Positions 12,904 through 32,527 of a stretch of DNA of 64,000 bases are shown here, one piece after another; position 1 is the stretch's first letter, and the number at the start of each line of letters is the position of its first letter. The DNA comes from the human T2T-CHM13v2.0 reference genome, Homo sapiens. The stretch lies in assembly GCF_009914755.1 (NCBI RefSeq), contig NC_060929.1; one strand, written 5' to 3'. Position numbers and translations under genes: made by a program. The notes beneath the pieces were generated by a model. The model did no database searches. It saw only the letters and a program-made list of their open reading frames with translations, and was not told where the DNA came from.

Positions 12904-14325
12904 ACAAACCTCTAGCTACACAGATCAAAAAAAAAATAAAAAGAAGAAAACACAGATTACCGATACAGAGGATGTCAGGGGATATCACCAGAGACTCCAC
13001 AGACATCAATAGTGCATTAAGGAAACACTATGAACAACTCTAAGCCCATAAATTTGACAACTTAGGTGAAATGGTCCAATTCCTTGAAATATACAAACTA
13101 CAAAAACTCACTAAAGTAGTAATAATCTAAATTATCTTGTATCTATGAACAAATTGCATTTTTTATTTAAAATTTTCAAATAAAGAAAACTTTAGATCCA
13201 AACAGTTTCACTAGCAAAATCTACCACATACGTAAGGAAGAAATAATAACAACCCTACACAATATCTACCAGAAAATAGAAGGGACCATTTTCCAACTCA
13301 TTGTGGAGCCAGCATTACCTTGATCTCGAACCCAAAGGTATTACAATAAAACTACAGACACATATACCTCATGAATATAGATTTTAAAAGTCCTCAACAA
13401 AATATTAGTAAATCTAATCCAGCTATATATGAAAGGAATAATACATCATGAGCAATTGAGGTTTACTCTAGAGATGCAAGGCTGAATCGACATTTGAAAA
13501 AGATGACAACAAATGTTGGCAAGGTTGTCCAGACAACTGGAAACTCATACATTGCTGGTCAGAATGCAAAATGGTGCAGGAGTACTGGAAAATAATTCGG
13601 TAGTTTCTTATAAAGTGAACCCATATAATCCAGGATTCTCACTCCTAGAAAGGCACCCAGAGAAATGAAACCCTATGTTGACACAAAAAAACTTATGTAA
13701 CTGTTTATAGAAAAACTGGAAATAAGCCACTGTCTTTCAACACAAGAATGAAAAAACAAACTGTGGTACATCCTAAGGAACAACATTCAGCAACATAGAC
13801 AAATCTCAGATGCATTGTGCTAACAGGGTTTCTAAACCTCGGCACTATTAGACTTCAGGCCAGATAAATTTGTATTGTGGGGAGCTATCTCGAGCGTTGT
13901 AAGGTATATTTGCAGGCATCACTGGCCTCTACCCACTGGACGCCAGTTGCATCTCCCTCACTATGCCAATTTAATCAACCAAGGATGTTTCTAGATACGG
14001 CCAAATGTTTCCTAGGGAGAAAAATCACTACTGTTTAAGACCCACCATGCTAAGTGATGGAAAGAAGCCTGGATCAAAAAAATACATACTGTATAATTCT
14101 ATTTGTACATTCTGGAAATGCAAAATTCTAGGAAAGGGTTGAGAATAGGATGAGGGTTTGGGTAAAAGGAGGCAGTACAAAGGAATTTGGGGGAAATAGA
14201 ACAGTTATGTATCCTGACTGCAATGGCTGTTAACACAACTCTAGGCATTTGTCTGAACTGTATGCCAAAAAGAAAGCCTTAATTTTACTATAAGTAAATT
14301 TTTAGTTGTTTTAATGTAAAAAAAA
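12904..14325 (+). mobile_element. Old L1M (L1MD/ME) ORF2 fragment joined to a 3' end; interrupted by MER20
   Basis: GDITRDSTDINSALRKHYEQL is an ORF2-like peptide. The sequence jumps at about 13500 to ACAACAAATGTTGGCAAG...CATACATTGCTGG of the L1 3' region. Confidence 0.8.
13824..14047. mobile_element. MER20 (hAT-Charlie)
   Basis: CAGGGTTTCTAAACCTCGGCACTATTAGAC...GGCCTCTACCCACTGGACGCCAGT...GGCCAAATGT; TGCTAA is repeated on both flanks. Confidence 0.85.
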
Positions 14326-14329
14326 AATT

Positions 14330-14858
<529 letters not shown>

Positions 14859-14864
14859 TGGAAA

Positions 14865-17800
14865 AAAAGTTTTGTGTACTATTGAAATTAAGTTGTTATT
14901 AATCCAAACTAGATTGTTTTAAGTTAAGATGATAATTTTAATCCCCGGAAAAACCACTAAGAAAATAACTTCAAAACTATAGCAAAAGAAACAGCAAGAG
15001 AATTTAAATGGCGCACTAGAAAATGTTTCTTTAATACAAAAGTTATTAGTAGAGGACAGGTAATAGGGAACAAAAGGCAAAGACATGCAGACAAATAGAA
15101 AAATGGCAGCTATAAGTCATTCCTTATTAGTAATTACACTAAATCACTAAATATAAATGTATTAAGCACATAAATTAAAAGACTAGAAATTGGAATGGAA
15201 TTATTAAAAGATTCATCTTTTGCTACCTACAAGAAATATACTTGAGATTCAAAAACTTGAGTAACTTGAAAGTAGAAGAATAGGAAAAAAATACACCATG
15301 CAAACATTAACCAAAATAGGGCTGGAGTTGATATACTAATATTAGACAAAATACACTTTGAGACAAAATTTTTAAGAGATAAGTAAGGATTTTTATAATA
15401 AAAGGGTCAAAGCATCAAAAAGAGATAACAATTCTAAATGTATGTGTACCTAACAATAGAGGCCCAAAATACATAAAGCAAAAGCTGACAGAATTGAAGG
15501 GAGAAATCAATAATTTGACAATAATAGTTGGAGACTTCAAGACCTCCTTTCAACAATCGATAGAACTAGGCAAAAGTTCAACAAGAAGAGAAGCATTGAA
15601 CAACACCATAAAACAACTAAACCTAACACACATCTGTAAAACATTCCACCAAAACAGCTGAATACATTCTTCTCTAGTGCACAAGGAACATTCTCCAGGA
15701 TAAACTGTATTTAAGTCAGAAAGCAAACCTCAGTAAATTTCCAAGGATTGAAATCATACAAAATATACTCTCCAACCATGATGAAATAAAAATTAGAATT
15801 CAATAACAGAAGGAAATTTGGGAAACTCACAAATAAGTGGAAATTAACACACTCATAACCAATAAGTTAAAAGACCACGAGAAGTTAAAAAATACTTTGA
15901 GAGGAATAAAAACAAAAATAGTATCAAAATGTATAGCATACAGCTAACACATTAAAGGCAAATTTATAGCTGTAAATGCCTATATTAAATAAGAAAAAAG
16001 ATTGCAGATCTATAATTTTGTTATGCACCTTAAGAAACTAGAAAGAGGAGAACAAACTAAAACCAGAATAAGCAAATAGAAGGAAAGATCAGAGAAGAAA
16101 AGAAGTAAAGAAAAATAAAGGCAGAAACATCAACACTTCATAAACTCTTCCAAAAATTAGTAAAGGAAGGAATACTTCCCAAATTGTTCTATGAAGCTGC
16201 TGTTACTCTGATACCAAAACCAGACAGAGATATCACAAGGATACTATAGAACGATATTGTTTATACAGACACAAAAATCTTTAACACAATGTTAGCATAC
16301 AGAATCCAGCAGCATATAAGAAAGATTATGCAGTATGACCAAGTGGGATTTATCCCAAGAATGCAAGGTAGGTATAACATACGAAAATCAATAAATGTAA
16401 AATAATATTTACAAAAAAAAGATTACATAATTATCTCACTAGAGGCAAAAAGTGATTTAATACAATCCAAAACCCTTTCATAATAAAAGTGCTCAAGAAA
16501 TTTGACAAGATATAAAAGACATCCATATTGGAAAGAAGTAGATCTTATTCATAAGTGACATGATATTGTATATAGAAAATTCTAAGATATGCATTCAAAA
16601 AAATATTAGAACTAATAAAGAAGTTCACAAAATTGCAGGATACAAGATTAATGTGCAAAATTATATTTCTAAGCACTATAAATAAATAATTCAAAAACAG
16701 AATTAAGAAAACTCCATTTATAAAAGCATCAAAAAGAATTAAGTACTTTGAAATAAATTTAGCAAAAAAAAGTAGAAGTCTTGTACATTGAAAACAACAA
16801 AATTTAAAAAATTAAACACCTAAATAAATGAAGAGACATCTCATATTCATGCATCAGAAGTTACTACTGCTAAGATATCAATATTCCCCAAACCGATTTG
16901 CAGAGTAAATGCAATACCTATCAAAATCCTGGCTGTCTTCTGGGAAGAAACTGGAAAGTTGATTCTAAAATTAATATGGAAATGGAAAGGACTCAGAATA
17001 GCCAAAACAACCTTAAAAAAGAAGATAAAAAGACTCACGCTTTCAGATTCCAAAGCTACAGTACAGTATAGTACAGTACAACAAAGCTACTGTAATCAAG
17101 ACAGTTTGGTATTGGCATAAGGATAGACATAGAGATAGAATATAATAAGAGTTCAGTTATATTCCCTTACCCTTATAGTCAATTGATTTTTAACAAGATA
17201 ACCAAAGTAATTCAATGGGGGAAATAATAGTCAGAACCATAAAGAGGTATCACTTCATACTCCCAAAAATAGCTGTAATCAAAAGACAAACAATAACAAG
17301 TTTAGGCGAGCCTGTGGACAAATTGGAGCCCTCCCTCATTCATTACTAGTGAGATTCCAAAATGGTACAGCCACTCTGGAAAGCAGTTTGGCAGTTCCTT
17401 AAAACGTTAAGCATAGAGTAACCGTGACCCAGCAATTCTCCTAAGAGAAGTGAAAACATATGTCCACGTAACTTGTACATAAGTGTTCACTGTAGTATAA
17501 TTCGTAACTGCCAAAAAAGTGGAAATAACCCAAATGTCCACCAACTGATGAATATGTAGATGAAATGTGGTATATACAGTGGAACGTCATTAGACCATAA
17601 AAGGAATGAAGTACTGATACATGCTACAGCATAGATGAACCTTGAAAGCACGCTGAGCGAAAGAAGTCAGATACAAGAGGTAAAATAGAAAGGAGGTTAG
17701 TTGTTTCCTGGAGCTAGGGGCAGGAGGGAATGGGGAGTTATTGGGTTTGTTTTGGGGGCATGAAATATTCTAAAACCAGATAGTGGTGATGACTACACAA

Positions 17801-17905
17801 TTCTTTAAGTATACCAAGAATTATTGAATTGTAATTTCAAAATTTAAAGGGTGCATTTTATAGTATGTGAATTATATCTCAATAAAGTTGTTATTTTAAA
17901 AAAGA
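14865..17905 (+). mobile_element. L1MB-type element: ORF2 with internal deletions plus 3' UTR
   Basis: Degenerate endonuclease region (ATAGTTGGAGACTTCAA), RT-region fragments, and 3' end GATAGTGGTGATG...GTATGTGAATTATATCTCAATAAAG. Confidence 0.88.
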
Positions 17906-18454
17906 ATAGACTCATTATGCTTCATTATGCTTACTCTTAAGTAATAGAAAGGAATTAATCATGTCAACTCTAAAAGGATAGTGGTAGTGATTCATCTTAG
18001 AGCACATTAGGAATGTAGAGAATGGAAGAGCTAAGGTACTTTAATTCATTTTTAACCCTTAAATATACATACACCTCAAAAACTACAAGAACCTAATTTC
18101 CTTTTAATAGCTTAGAAATAGTTACTCTCCACTGATTTCCCATTTCTCTAATAGCAGAAAATGTCCATCTTCAAAAAGAAAAATGTCCCTTCTTTAATGG
18201 TCTTTAAACACAAGATAGTTTATCAATAATTTGGAGAGTGTTTCAAGCTAAAATGCTTAGAGACGAGTTGCGACTAGCTTACTTTTATAGGCATGCCCAA
18301 TCAACAGCCTATATCTTAACCGCCCTTGAAGTTTAGAAAGAATCAATTAGACCAGAATATAAATTTCTGAATCAAAAAGCCTTTTGTGTTACATAATGAA
18401 TATATATTCCTTATGCACCAGAAATTACAAACTCAAATTTCTACAAGGTCTAAG

Positions 18455-18682
18455 CAGGCTACCAATCTTGGTAAAGAGGGCCTAATACAGTCTGTAACAG
18501 CCAGTACTCAGTTACAGGAGATGGATGCCATGCAAGAGTGTGGATCCAGTGTTATCAAATCTACCTAATTTTCAAGTCAAGCTACCAATGCAGGTATTTA
18601 TGATAAAAAAAATCTCATTTAAAAAATAAGAAATTCAGAATATTTTTAAATACAAAAACCAAAAAAAAGATACCTCTATGCC
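18455..18682. mobile_element. MER102-like hAT-Charlie relic, cut off at the L1
   Basis: ATGCAAGAGTGTGGATCCAGTGTTATCAAATCT...TTTTCAAGTCAAGC resembles recalled MER102; the terminal segment is missing. Confidence 0.55.
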
Positions 18683-23400
<4,718 letters not shown>

Positions 23401-23499
23401 AAGGCTACAAAATGGGTATGGCTGTGTTCCAATAAAACTATTTACAGAAACAGGTGATGGGCAAGATTTGGCCCATAGACCAAAGTTTGCCAACACTTA
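23401..23499. mobile_element. MER58A terminal part only
   Basis: AATGGGTATGGCTGTGTTCCAATAAAACTATTTACAGAAACAGG...GATTTGGCCC...AGTTTGCCAAC. Confidence 0.85.
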
Positions 23500-23514
23500 A
23501 CGTAGAAAGTCACA

Positions 23515-24490
23515 AGTGAATGTTACTGTCACCCCCAACAATGAGAACAGGCTGAATAAATACAAATAATATGGTTCGAGCCTATTACAGAACTAAGGTC
23601 ACTAGGTAAACTAATTAACTAACTCGAAGAGTGACAAGCTCTTCAAAGAAGAGACAAGACCCATTAACTATTTCACCTCTGGTAGAGCAGCAGGAGGAAG
23701 AGGAAGATGCCATAGATGCAAGTAAGAAAAAAAAAAACCTAAATTTTGACAAAGGTTTGAAAGCTGAATAAGGGTTGATATAATAGTTTAAGATCCCTGG
23801 GAACCACATTCCCCTATTTTCCCAACCCCCTTCCCCATCTTCCCAAACTCTGCCCTCAACAGAGCCTACACCCATCCAACAACTCTTTCACAGACCTAAC
23901 CCAAGGGGGGTCATGAAAAAGATTAGAGTAAAGCAAGTTAATGAAGAGAGATCTCCTCTGTAGCACTGATATGCTGGGCTTGCCTCAGTCTGAAGGTAAA
24001 ACAGGCGAATGAGAGGAAACCTCCAGCACTCAGAATTCTGCAAGAGTACTTGACAACAGCAATCTACCACTAGGGAAGGGACAGGAATACTGAGAGAGAC
24101 TTACCACTGAGGTACAGGCACACTGGGCCTGTTGAAGTCTGAGGGCAGGACCACTGGAAAAAATGTTCTGGGACTCCACACCTCACACTGAATAGGAAAC
24201 TGCATTCGACTTCTGGCTGACTGAAGCCCATGGAGTGCCAATTGTAACTAAAGCAACAACCAAGCTCAAACCCAACCCAGCTCACAAGACCCTGGACTGG
24301 CCCAACCCACCACGTCAATGGCACGATAGAAGGTGTGCTCATTCCAGAAAGTAAGCATTATTTACTGAGTCTCTCCTTATATACATGATGAAAATAAGAA
24401 AATAGAGCCCATCGTGAAGAGAGAAAATAATCAATTTAACCCTAAGATAGCACAGGTGTTAGAATTATGAATCAGAAATTTGAACTTCAA
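23515..24490 (+). mobile_element. Probable old L1M(E) 5' UTR fragment
   Basis: Composition and motifs (AGCAACAACCAAGCTCAAACCCAACCCAGCTC; ACAGGTGTTAGAATTA) resemble recalled L1ME 5'-end consensi. Confidence 0.5.
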
Positions 24491-26039
24491 GATAATAAAA
24501 TACAGAACCTCGTATTTCTTGCTTATCTGAAAAAAAAGTCTTAATTAAAGAAGCAATATAATGGAATGGTATATGATTGTAACTCATTACCCATAATCAC
24601 TGCAGAGTAGATAAGATACTACTGGATGAGAAACTCATATTCTCAACACTAAGCTTTTTAGGGAAAAAATATAACTAAGTTGACAATGCAATGAATGTCA
24701 AGACTAGGATACTGTTGATAGTCAAAGGGGTACTAAAAATAATTATATAATTTTAATAGGTCTTTATTGGGCAACAAAATGGTTTTATTATGTTAATGGT
24801 CCTACAGAATAATGTTATTAAAACTTTTTTAAAAATAAAAGTATTCAACTTACTGGCCACATCTGTCCATAATACCATGTTACTTTTTTTCTAAAAATGT
24901 ATTTTCTTTTAATTGAGTTGTTTTGGATTTTCATTAAATTATCTGTAATATTTATTAAATTTGCATTTATAGCTAATAAATTTGAACTTGTTGACATCTT
25001 CAAATGACTCATACACACCGTAGTTTTTAATTGAGAGTATATTGTCTCTAAAGAGGCTAAGGTAAGCTGAATGCAAACTGCTAAATAGAGAATAGTCTAA
25101 ACTCCAATTTTTTCTTATTGAAATTCATTGCATAAACATTTTAGCCCAAATATATTTCACAGGTATTATCTTTTTACTTCCCTACAGGGTACAAGCACAA
25201 CTTGTCAAATATCTCTGTCTCTGATTATTTTAAATGTTACACTAAATTTTAATGTTGTAAAACCTTGGGGCTTCTCAATTTCATTCTAATCCAATATATA
25301 AGTTTATTCTATTGAAAATGAAACTCTATGAAAAGATTCAAGAAATTGAGATATTGCCAATCACTAGTATAAAATTTTTAAATTAAAATTTGAAACCATT
25401 TAGCTTTGACCAAGTTGTTTATTCTCTTGCTTTTTAGGGAGAACTTTCAATGTGCTCCTGTTGGTACATGTTGTTTTCAGTAATTGAAATTTGCTAAAAA
25501 GCTGGAGTTGTAGTGTTTTGTTGAATTTTTTGCTTAAAGATTCTTAATTTTGAATATACAACAAGGCTTGGAGTATTTGTTTTTAAAACGTTTAATGCCA
25601 GTGTAAGACACTTATGTTGATTTAAAAGCTTATGTTCAAAAGCTCAAACATTTCCACAAGCTGGTTGATCATGGGCAGTAAAGAAAGTGCTCACTGATAG
25701 TCTAATATTTTATTTTGTTTTGTTTTGTTTTCTGTATCTCAGGCTTTCTCACAAGGAAAAATTTGTTCTTCTTACTTTCTGTGTGACAACTACAGATTTT
25801 CTTAAGTTCATTATTTTGTTTAGGAAATTATTCAAGAAATTCAACATTGAGTTTTCCTGCAATTAAAAAATAATATTGCCACACAATATAAAGCATAGTC
25901 CTCTACCAGAGCGTCGCTCTAATCTTGAAGGAGATATTTGACCAACTTTACAAACTGGAGGTTGCTCTCTTCATACATCTGCTCATTAAGATCTTTCCTT
26001 ATTGGTATTTGCTTGCAGACTGTTTTCCAGTCACTATTC

Positions 26040-26790
26040 TTTTTAAAGTATACCATTGTTGAAATATAGAAGTATGCAAAGCGCACATGCCATAAATATA
26101 CAGTTTGATGAATTGTCACAAACTAAACACACTTGTAGCCAGCACCAGATCTAGAAACAGAATATTACCAGCACCCTGGAAATGATCCCTTACACTTTTT
26201 ACAGTGATTACATTCTTTCCTCCCCTCTGCTCTGCACCCAGAGTAACTACTAACCTAACTTTTACAGGGGTGTCCAAACTTTTGGCTTCCCTTGGCCTCA
26301 TTGGAAGAAGAATGTGTCTTCCACCACACATAAAATACATTAACACTAATCATAGCTGATGTGCCTTTAAAAACGCAAAAAATCTCATAATGTTTAAGAA
26401 AGCTTACCAATTTGTGTTGGGCCGCATTCAAAGCCATCCTGGGCCACATGCGACCCATGGCCCTTGGGTTGGACAAGTTTGTTTTGACACCTTAGACCAG
26501 CTTTGTCTGTTTTTAAACTTTCTAGTAGGTGGAATCAAATTGACTATGTGTCAGCTTGTCTAGAAGATTCCTCACACTGTTGCATGTCATTGGTTGTTCA
26601 TTCCTATTGTTTGTGATTCCACTGGATGAATATACTCAAATTCATTTGTTCATTCTACCATCATTGAGTATTTGGGTAGTTTCCACTCTTTGTCTATTGC
26701 AAATTGTGGTGCTATGAAGAAGAATGAACAAGCCTGCTGTTGTACACAACTACACATTTCTGTTGTGTATATATATAACTGTATAGCTTC
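26040..26790 (-). mobile_element. L1ME-type 3' fragment nested in the Blackjack element, split by MER30
   Basis: AAATATACAGTTTGATGAATTGTCACAAACTAAACAC...AGAAACAGAATATTACCAGCACCCTGGAA; resumes after 26482. Confidence 0.75.
26265..26481. mobile_element. MER30 (hAT-Charlie)
   Basis: CAGGGGTGTCCAAACTTTTGGCTTCCC...TTGTGTTGGGCCGCATTCAAAGCC...GGGTTGGACAAGTTTG, with terminal inverted repeats. Confidence 0.92.
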
Positions 26791-27859
26791 TTTGGATACC
26801 ATTATGCATTATGCGTACCACAACCAATTCCAAGTATATTCCAGCTTCACGGGTTTTCTAATTTTGTAAGATTATGTTACTTCAAATCTGTGCACCACTA
26901 ACATTTACATTCAGATTGCCAGAACAAAAAAAAAATGTTCTGTTCAAAAAAATAAAAAATTATTTTTTCTTCTGTTTGCAAAGTTCTTCTACTATTGGAG
27001 CCAGCAGTGTAATACCTATTGCTTCACTTTTGTATGTGCACCAGAAAACTTGGAATTGAAAATAAGAAAAATTAATTTAGAAGACTCATTTGATCTAAAC
27101 AAAAATCATATTTCATAAACACACCTTCTGCAGCTACACATATTAAATCGCTGCCTTTGGGCACAGTCTTTTAGAATTACTAACTTTTGGAGTAGCTACT
27201 GATGATGCTTCCGCAGATTGGTGTCTTCCAGTTTTCATGTGGTCAATGGTACCACTATGGCCCCTGCAGGCGGTGGGTAGCAAATGTTATCCATTCATTA
27301 TCAAGTTTCTTTAAAAATGTTTTAGTATTTAAAGTTTATTATGCCTGTATTTCCATTCATTTGAGCTCATTGATAACTAAAGAGTTTGCCACCAAATTTC
27401 TTAAAACATTATCAAATTAACATTTGTAGATTTACACCATACAATGAACAACAAAATCACTATTCAAGTGCATTCAGCCTATTCTCTGCATGTACTTCTA
27501 TTTCTAGCACCTGTTTCATATACATCTGACTAACAATTTTCCACTGATAGCCACACTGGTGACTTTCTGTGTTTCAGGCTGAAGCACGGGCCATGCACAC
27601 CTAGCTAGTACATGAGTGTTCCGAAGGGGCAGTACTACCAAATATTTCTCCCATCATTATCCAAAACTGGAAAGAGTTAGCTGTCCCTAGTTACTAACAA
27701 GGACACTTCATTTTTATCATTCAGCACCCTGCACGCTGGTCTTGAAAGTTAAATATTGGTTACATTGCCAATACATCACCAACACACTGCCCGTGGGTCT
27801 CACACACTACTAGACAAGACTATGGAACAATCTGGAAAGAGGCAGACTGGCATGTCCTT

Positions 27860-28132
27860 TCAGCTCTGGGGCCCTTCATTTTTCCCCTTTTTTGTATTCA
27901 AATATGATGACTAGAGGCACAGTAGCCAACTTCCAACTATGAGGAACCGTGGCAATAGAGATGCCTGAGTCCTTGATGCACGTTGACATCACAAAGCAGC
28001 TGCAATAATCTTGGCCTGCCTCTCTCTGGACCTCTGATTAAACACAAAAACAGAAAGAGAAACAAACCCCCTCTGTTATTGGACTCAAGTAGAGTTTACT
28101 TCTGTTGCAGTAAAACACTTTTCTAATTGAAA
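27860..28132 (+). mobile_element. MLT1 (old MaLR) LTR fragment
   Basis: GTAGCCAACTTCCAACTATGAGG...CCTGAGTCCTTGATG...CTCTGGACCTCT...GAGAAACAAACCCC. Confidence 0.65.
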
Positions 28133-28167
28133 AGCATCTAAGTCATTTCAATAAAAATACATTTCAG

Positions 28168-28300
28168 TGGGCGGGAAGGTGACTCACATCTGTAATCCCA
28201 GCACTTTAGGAGGTCAAGATGGGAAGATTGTTTAAAGCCAGGAGTTCGAGGCCAGCCTGGGCAACACAGCAAGACCCCCATCTCTACAAAAAATAAAAAT
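28168..28300 (+). mobile_element. FLAM / Alu left monomer
   Basis: TGTAATCCCAGCACTTTAGGAGG...AGGAGTTCGAGGCCAGCCTGGGCAACACAGCAAGACCCC followed by an A-rich end. Confidence 0.85.
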
Positions 28301-28426
28301 TTTTAAAAACTTCCATTATATCTAAAGAGAAACTTCTCTCTGCTAGTTGCCATCACTCTGCCTCAATTGGAACTACTTTGATATCTGGTATATATTAGAT
28401 GTAAACTGTTCATTTGATTTCAATAA

Positions 28427-28758
<332 letters not shown>

Positions 28759-28765
28759 ACAAGCA

Positions 28766-29065
28766 TTTCTTTAAGGGACAGGGTCTCAGTCTGTTGCCCA
28801 GGCTGAGTACAGTGGCGAGATCGTAACTCACTGCAGCCTTGACCTCCTAGGCTCAAGTAACCTTCCTGTCTCGGACTCCTGAGTAGATAGAACTAGAGGC
28901 ATGCACCACCACACCAACCTACTTTTTAACTTTTTAATTTTTTGTATAGATGGGTTCTCACTATGTTGCCCAGGCTGGTATCAACCTTCAGGGCTCAAGC
29001 AATTCTCCTAACTTTGGCCTCCAAAAGTGCTGGGATTTTAGGTATAAGCTATAGTATCTGACCCG
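28766..29065 (-). mobile_element. AluJ
   Basis: Diverged dimer ACAGGGTCTCAGTCTGTTGCCCAGGCTG...CTCACTATGTTGCCCAGGCTGG. Confidence 0.88.
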
Positions 29066-30194
29066 CATTAATATATTTACTTTCTATTCAATTTAGTGAG
29101 CACTTTCTATAGGCTGCCTGATATTTGATTTTCATTCACATAAATCATCACTTTACTGGAAAGTCTTAGAAGGCAGAGACAGGGTCATATACTTTGGAGG
29201 ACCTTATGGAATGTATCAATATTCAATTGAAAGTATTTTACACATGCTTTTACTTTCATATCAGAAACAGTTAAAACAAAGCTTTTTAAAAAAAAAGTTT
29301 AAAAGTTCTAAAAACTTTGATTCCAAGTTATTGCAACAATCATATCAAAAAGTATATTTTCCTCCTTTCTTAGGTTAGTTTTAAATAAACTGAATTTTAT
29401 ATCCCTGTTTAATTTTTTTAAGTTGATTGGCAAGAAGCCAGCTTTCAAAACTGTGCAAATTAACCACCTGAGTCAGTTTTTTTAAAAAAAAAAAAAAAAG
29501 CAAATAACTTACTTCAATCCCCCAAAAAAAGCTATTTTTTTTACTTCCTTTAGAGTAGGACTGTTTTTAAATGAGAAGATGATTGTAAATCATTCTAAAC
29601 TGCTCATAGACTGAGTTATATTGTTCCCTAAGATGAACTTTAAGAGGCATCTTATGATTTATGTATTTGTGATCAAAATAAAGACAGCCTGATGCATTTG
29701 CTGTGGGAGAAATTTGCATTCCATTTTATGTGCTATTCAAATGTGAGGTATACAACTGAGGTAGAGCAATAAAGAAAACAGTAATAGTAGGTCTTAGGAC
29801 TAGAATGTACCTGGTTTTGTAGGATCTAAAAAGTAAATCATTTGGCTGGCCACATACTGTTCTATTGGGATCCACTTTATAATTTCTATCTTAGCAGTTT
29901 TTCCTCTCCAACCCAGTCGACTGGTTACTTGAGGGCAGGAAATATCCTTTGAGGCATTATTTTCCATCTTCAGTGCATGATGTGCTTCTGGGCTCATTGT
30001 TGGAATACAATGACTACAATTCAAATGATTGACTGATACCTCATAAGTTGATAGCTATTTTAGAAGAGTGAGCCCTTCCAGGAATTACTAAAGAGATAAG
30101 GATAGAGTATCCTTGATTCCCAGTATTTATAAGCACACATTTAATAAGACAGCCTCTTAAGGGCATTTCTTTCCTCTTTGAACATCACTTGGAA

Positions 30195-32527
30195 CCACCA
30201 CGATCAAGTCAGCTTCATTCCTGGGATGCAAGTCTGGTTCAACAAACACAAATCAATAAACATAATTCATCACATAAACAGAACTAATGACAAAAACCAC
30301 ATGATTACTTCAATAGATGCGGAAAAGGCCTTCAATAAAATTCAACATCCCTTCATGTTAAAACCTCTCCATAAACTAGGTATTGAAGGAACATATCTCA
30401 AAATAAAAGCCATTTATGACAAACTCACAGACAACATCACACTGAACGGGAAAAAGCTAGAAGCATTCCCCTTGAAAACCAGCAGAAGACAAGGATGCCC
30501 TCTCTCACCACTCCTATTCAACATAGTATTGGAAGTTCTGGCCAGGGAAATCAAGCAAGAGAAAGAAATAAAGGGTATTCAAATAGGAAGAGAGGAAGTC
30601 AAATTGTCCTTGTTTGTAGATAACATGATCCTATATCTAGAAAACCCAATCATCTCAGCCTGAAAGCTTCTTAAGCTGATAAGCAACTTCAGCCAAGTCT
30701 TGGGATATAAAAATCAATGCAAAAATCACAAGCATTCCTGTACACCAACAACAGACAAGCACAGAGCCAAATCATGAATGAATAAAATACCTAGGAATAC
30801 AGCTAACAAGGAAAGTGAAGGACCTTTTCAAGGAGAACTACAAACTACTGCTCAAGGAAATAAGAGAGGATACAAACAAATGGATACAAACAAATGGAAA
30901 AACATTCCTTGCTCATGGATATGAAAAATCAATATTGTGAAAATGGCCATACTGCCCAAAGTAACTTATAGATTCAATGCTATTTCCATTAAACTACCAC
31001 TGAAATTCTTCACAGAATTAGAAAAAACTATTCTAAAATTAATGTGGAACCAAAAGAGAGCCCATATAGCCAAGACAACCCTAAGCAAAAACAAAGCTGG
31101 AGGCATCACACTACTTGACTTCAAACTATACTGCAAGGCTACAATAACCAAAACAGCATGGTACTGGCACAAAAACAGGCACATACATCAATGGAACAGA
31201 AGAGAGAACTCCTAAACAAGACCACACACCTACAAGCATCTGATCTTTAACAAACTTGACAAAACAACCAACGGGGAAAGGATTCCCTATTTAATAAATG
31301 GTGCTGGGAGAACTGGCTAGCCATATGCAGAAAATTGAAACTGGACCCCTTCCTTATACCTTATACAAAAATTAAGATGGATTAAACACTGAAATGTAAA
31401 ACCCAAAACTATAAAAATCATAGAAGAAAATCTAGGCTATATCATTCATGACATAGGCACAGACAAGGATTTCATGACAGAAACATCAAAAGCCATTGCA
31501 ACACAAGGAAAAATTAACAAATAAGATCTTATTAAACTAAGAGCTTCTGGACAGCAAAAGAAACTATCAGAGTGAACAACAACCTACCGAATGGGAAAAA
31601 AAATTTACAATCTATCTATCTGACAAAGGTCAAACATCCAGAGTCAACAAATAACTTAAATTTACAAGAAAAAAAAAAGACATTAAAAAGTGGGCAAAGG
31701 ACATGAACAGACACTTCTCCAAAGATGACTTACGTGTGGCCAACAAACATGAAAAAAAGCTCAATATCACTGATCATTAGAGAAATACAAATCGAAACCA
31801 CAATGAGACACCATCTCATGCCAATCAGAATGGCTATTACTAAAAAGTCAAAACCCAACAGATGCTGGTGAGGCTGTGGAGAAATAGGAATGCTTTTACA
31901 TAGTTGGTAGGAATGTAAATTAGTTCAACCATTGTAGAAGACAAGTGTGGCAATTCCTCAAAGACCTAGAACCAGGAATACCATTCAACCCAACAATCCC
32001 ATTACTGGGTATATACCTAAGGGAATATAAATCATTCTATTATAAAGATACATACATACATACATATGTTCATTACAGCACTATTCACAATAGCAAAGAC
32101 ATGGAATCAACCCAAATATCCATCGATGATAGACTGGATAAAAAAAATGTAGTACATGTACACCATGGAATACTATGCAGCCATAAAAAGGAACAAGATC
32201 ATGTCCTTTACAGACACATGGATGGAGCTGGGAGCCATTATCCTCAGCTAACTAACACAGGAACAGGAAACCAAACATTGTATGTTCTCACTCATAAGTG
32301 GGAGCTGAACAATGAGAAGACATGGACACAGGGAGGGAAACAACACACACTGGGGCCTGTCGTGGGGTTGGGCAAGGAGAGCACCAGGATAAATAGCTAA
32401 TGCATGCTGGGCTTAACACCTAGGTGATGGGTTGATCTGTGCAGCAAACCACCATGGCACCCATTTACCTATGTAACAAACCTGCACATCCTGTACATGT
32501 ACCCCAGAACTTAAAAAACAAAAAAAA
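30195..32527 (+). mobile_element. 5'-truncated L1PA (about L1PA11-13), ~2.3 kb
   Basis: RT peptides [18 protein letters not shown] and [12 protein letters not shown]; 3' UTR GGGCTTAACACCTAGGTGATGGGTTGATCTGTGCAGC; imperfect TSD TTTGAA.ATCACTTGG.ACC. Confidence 0.94.

Larger units (their letters stand above)
24676..27731 (-). mobile_element. Near-full-length hAT-Blackjack-type transposon fossil, degraded transposase on the minus strand, containing nested insertions
   Basis: Left end resembles the MER81/BLACKJACK terminus; right end CACCCTG. Minus-strand relic peptides LSLLPMINQLVEMFELLN (25634-25687) and ASLETIYSQLK (25025-25057) resemble the hAT RWLSL and SA.VERVFS motifs. Confidence 0.72.

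Noticed and set aside
17050-17092. (CAGTA)n-like run between two CAAAGCTAC copies
   Set aside because: Short slippage microsatellite within an old L1.
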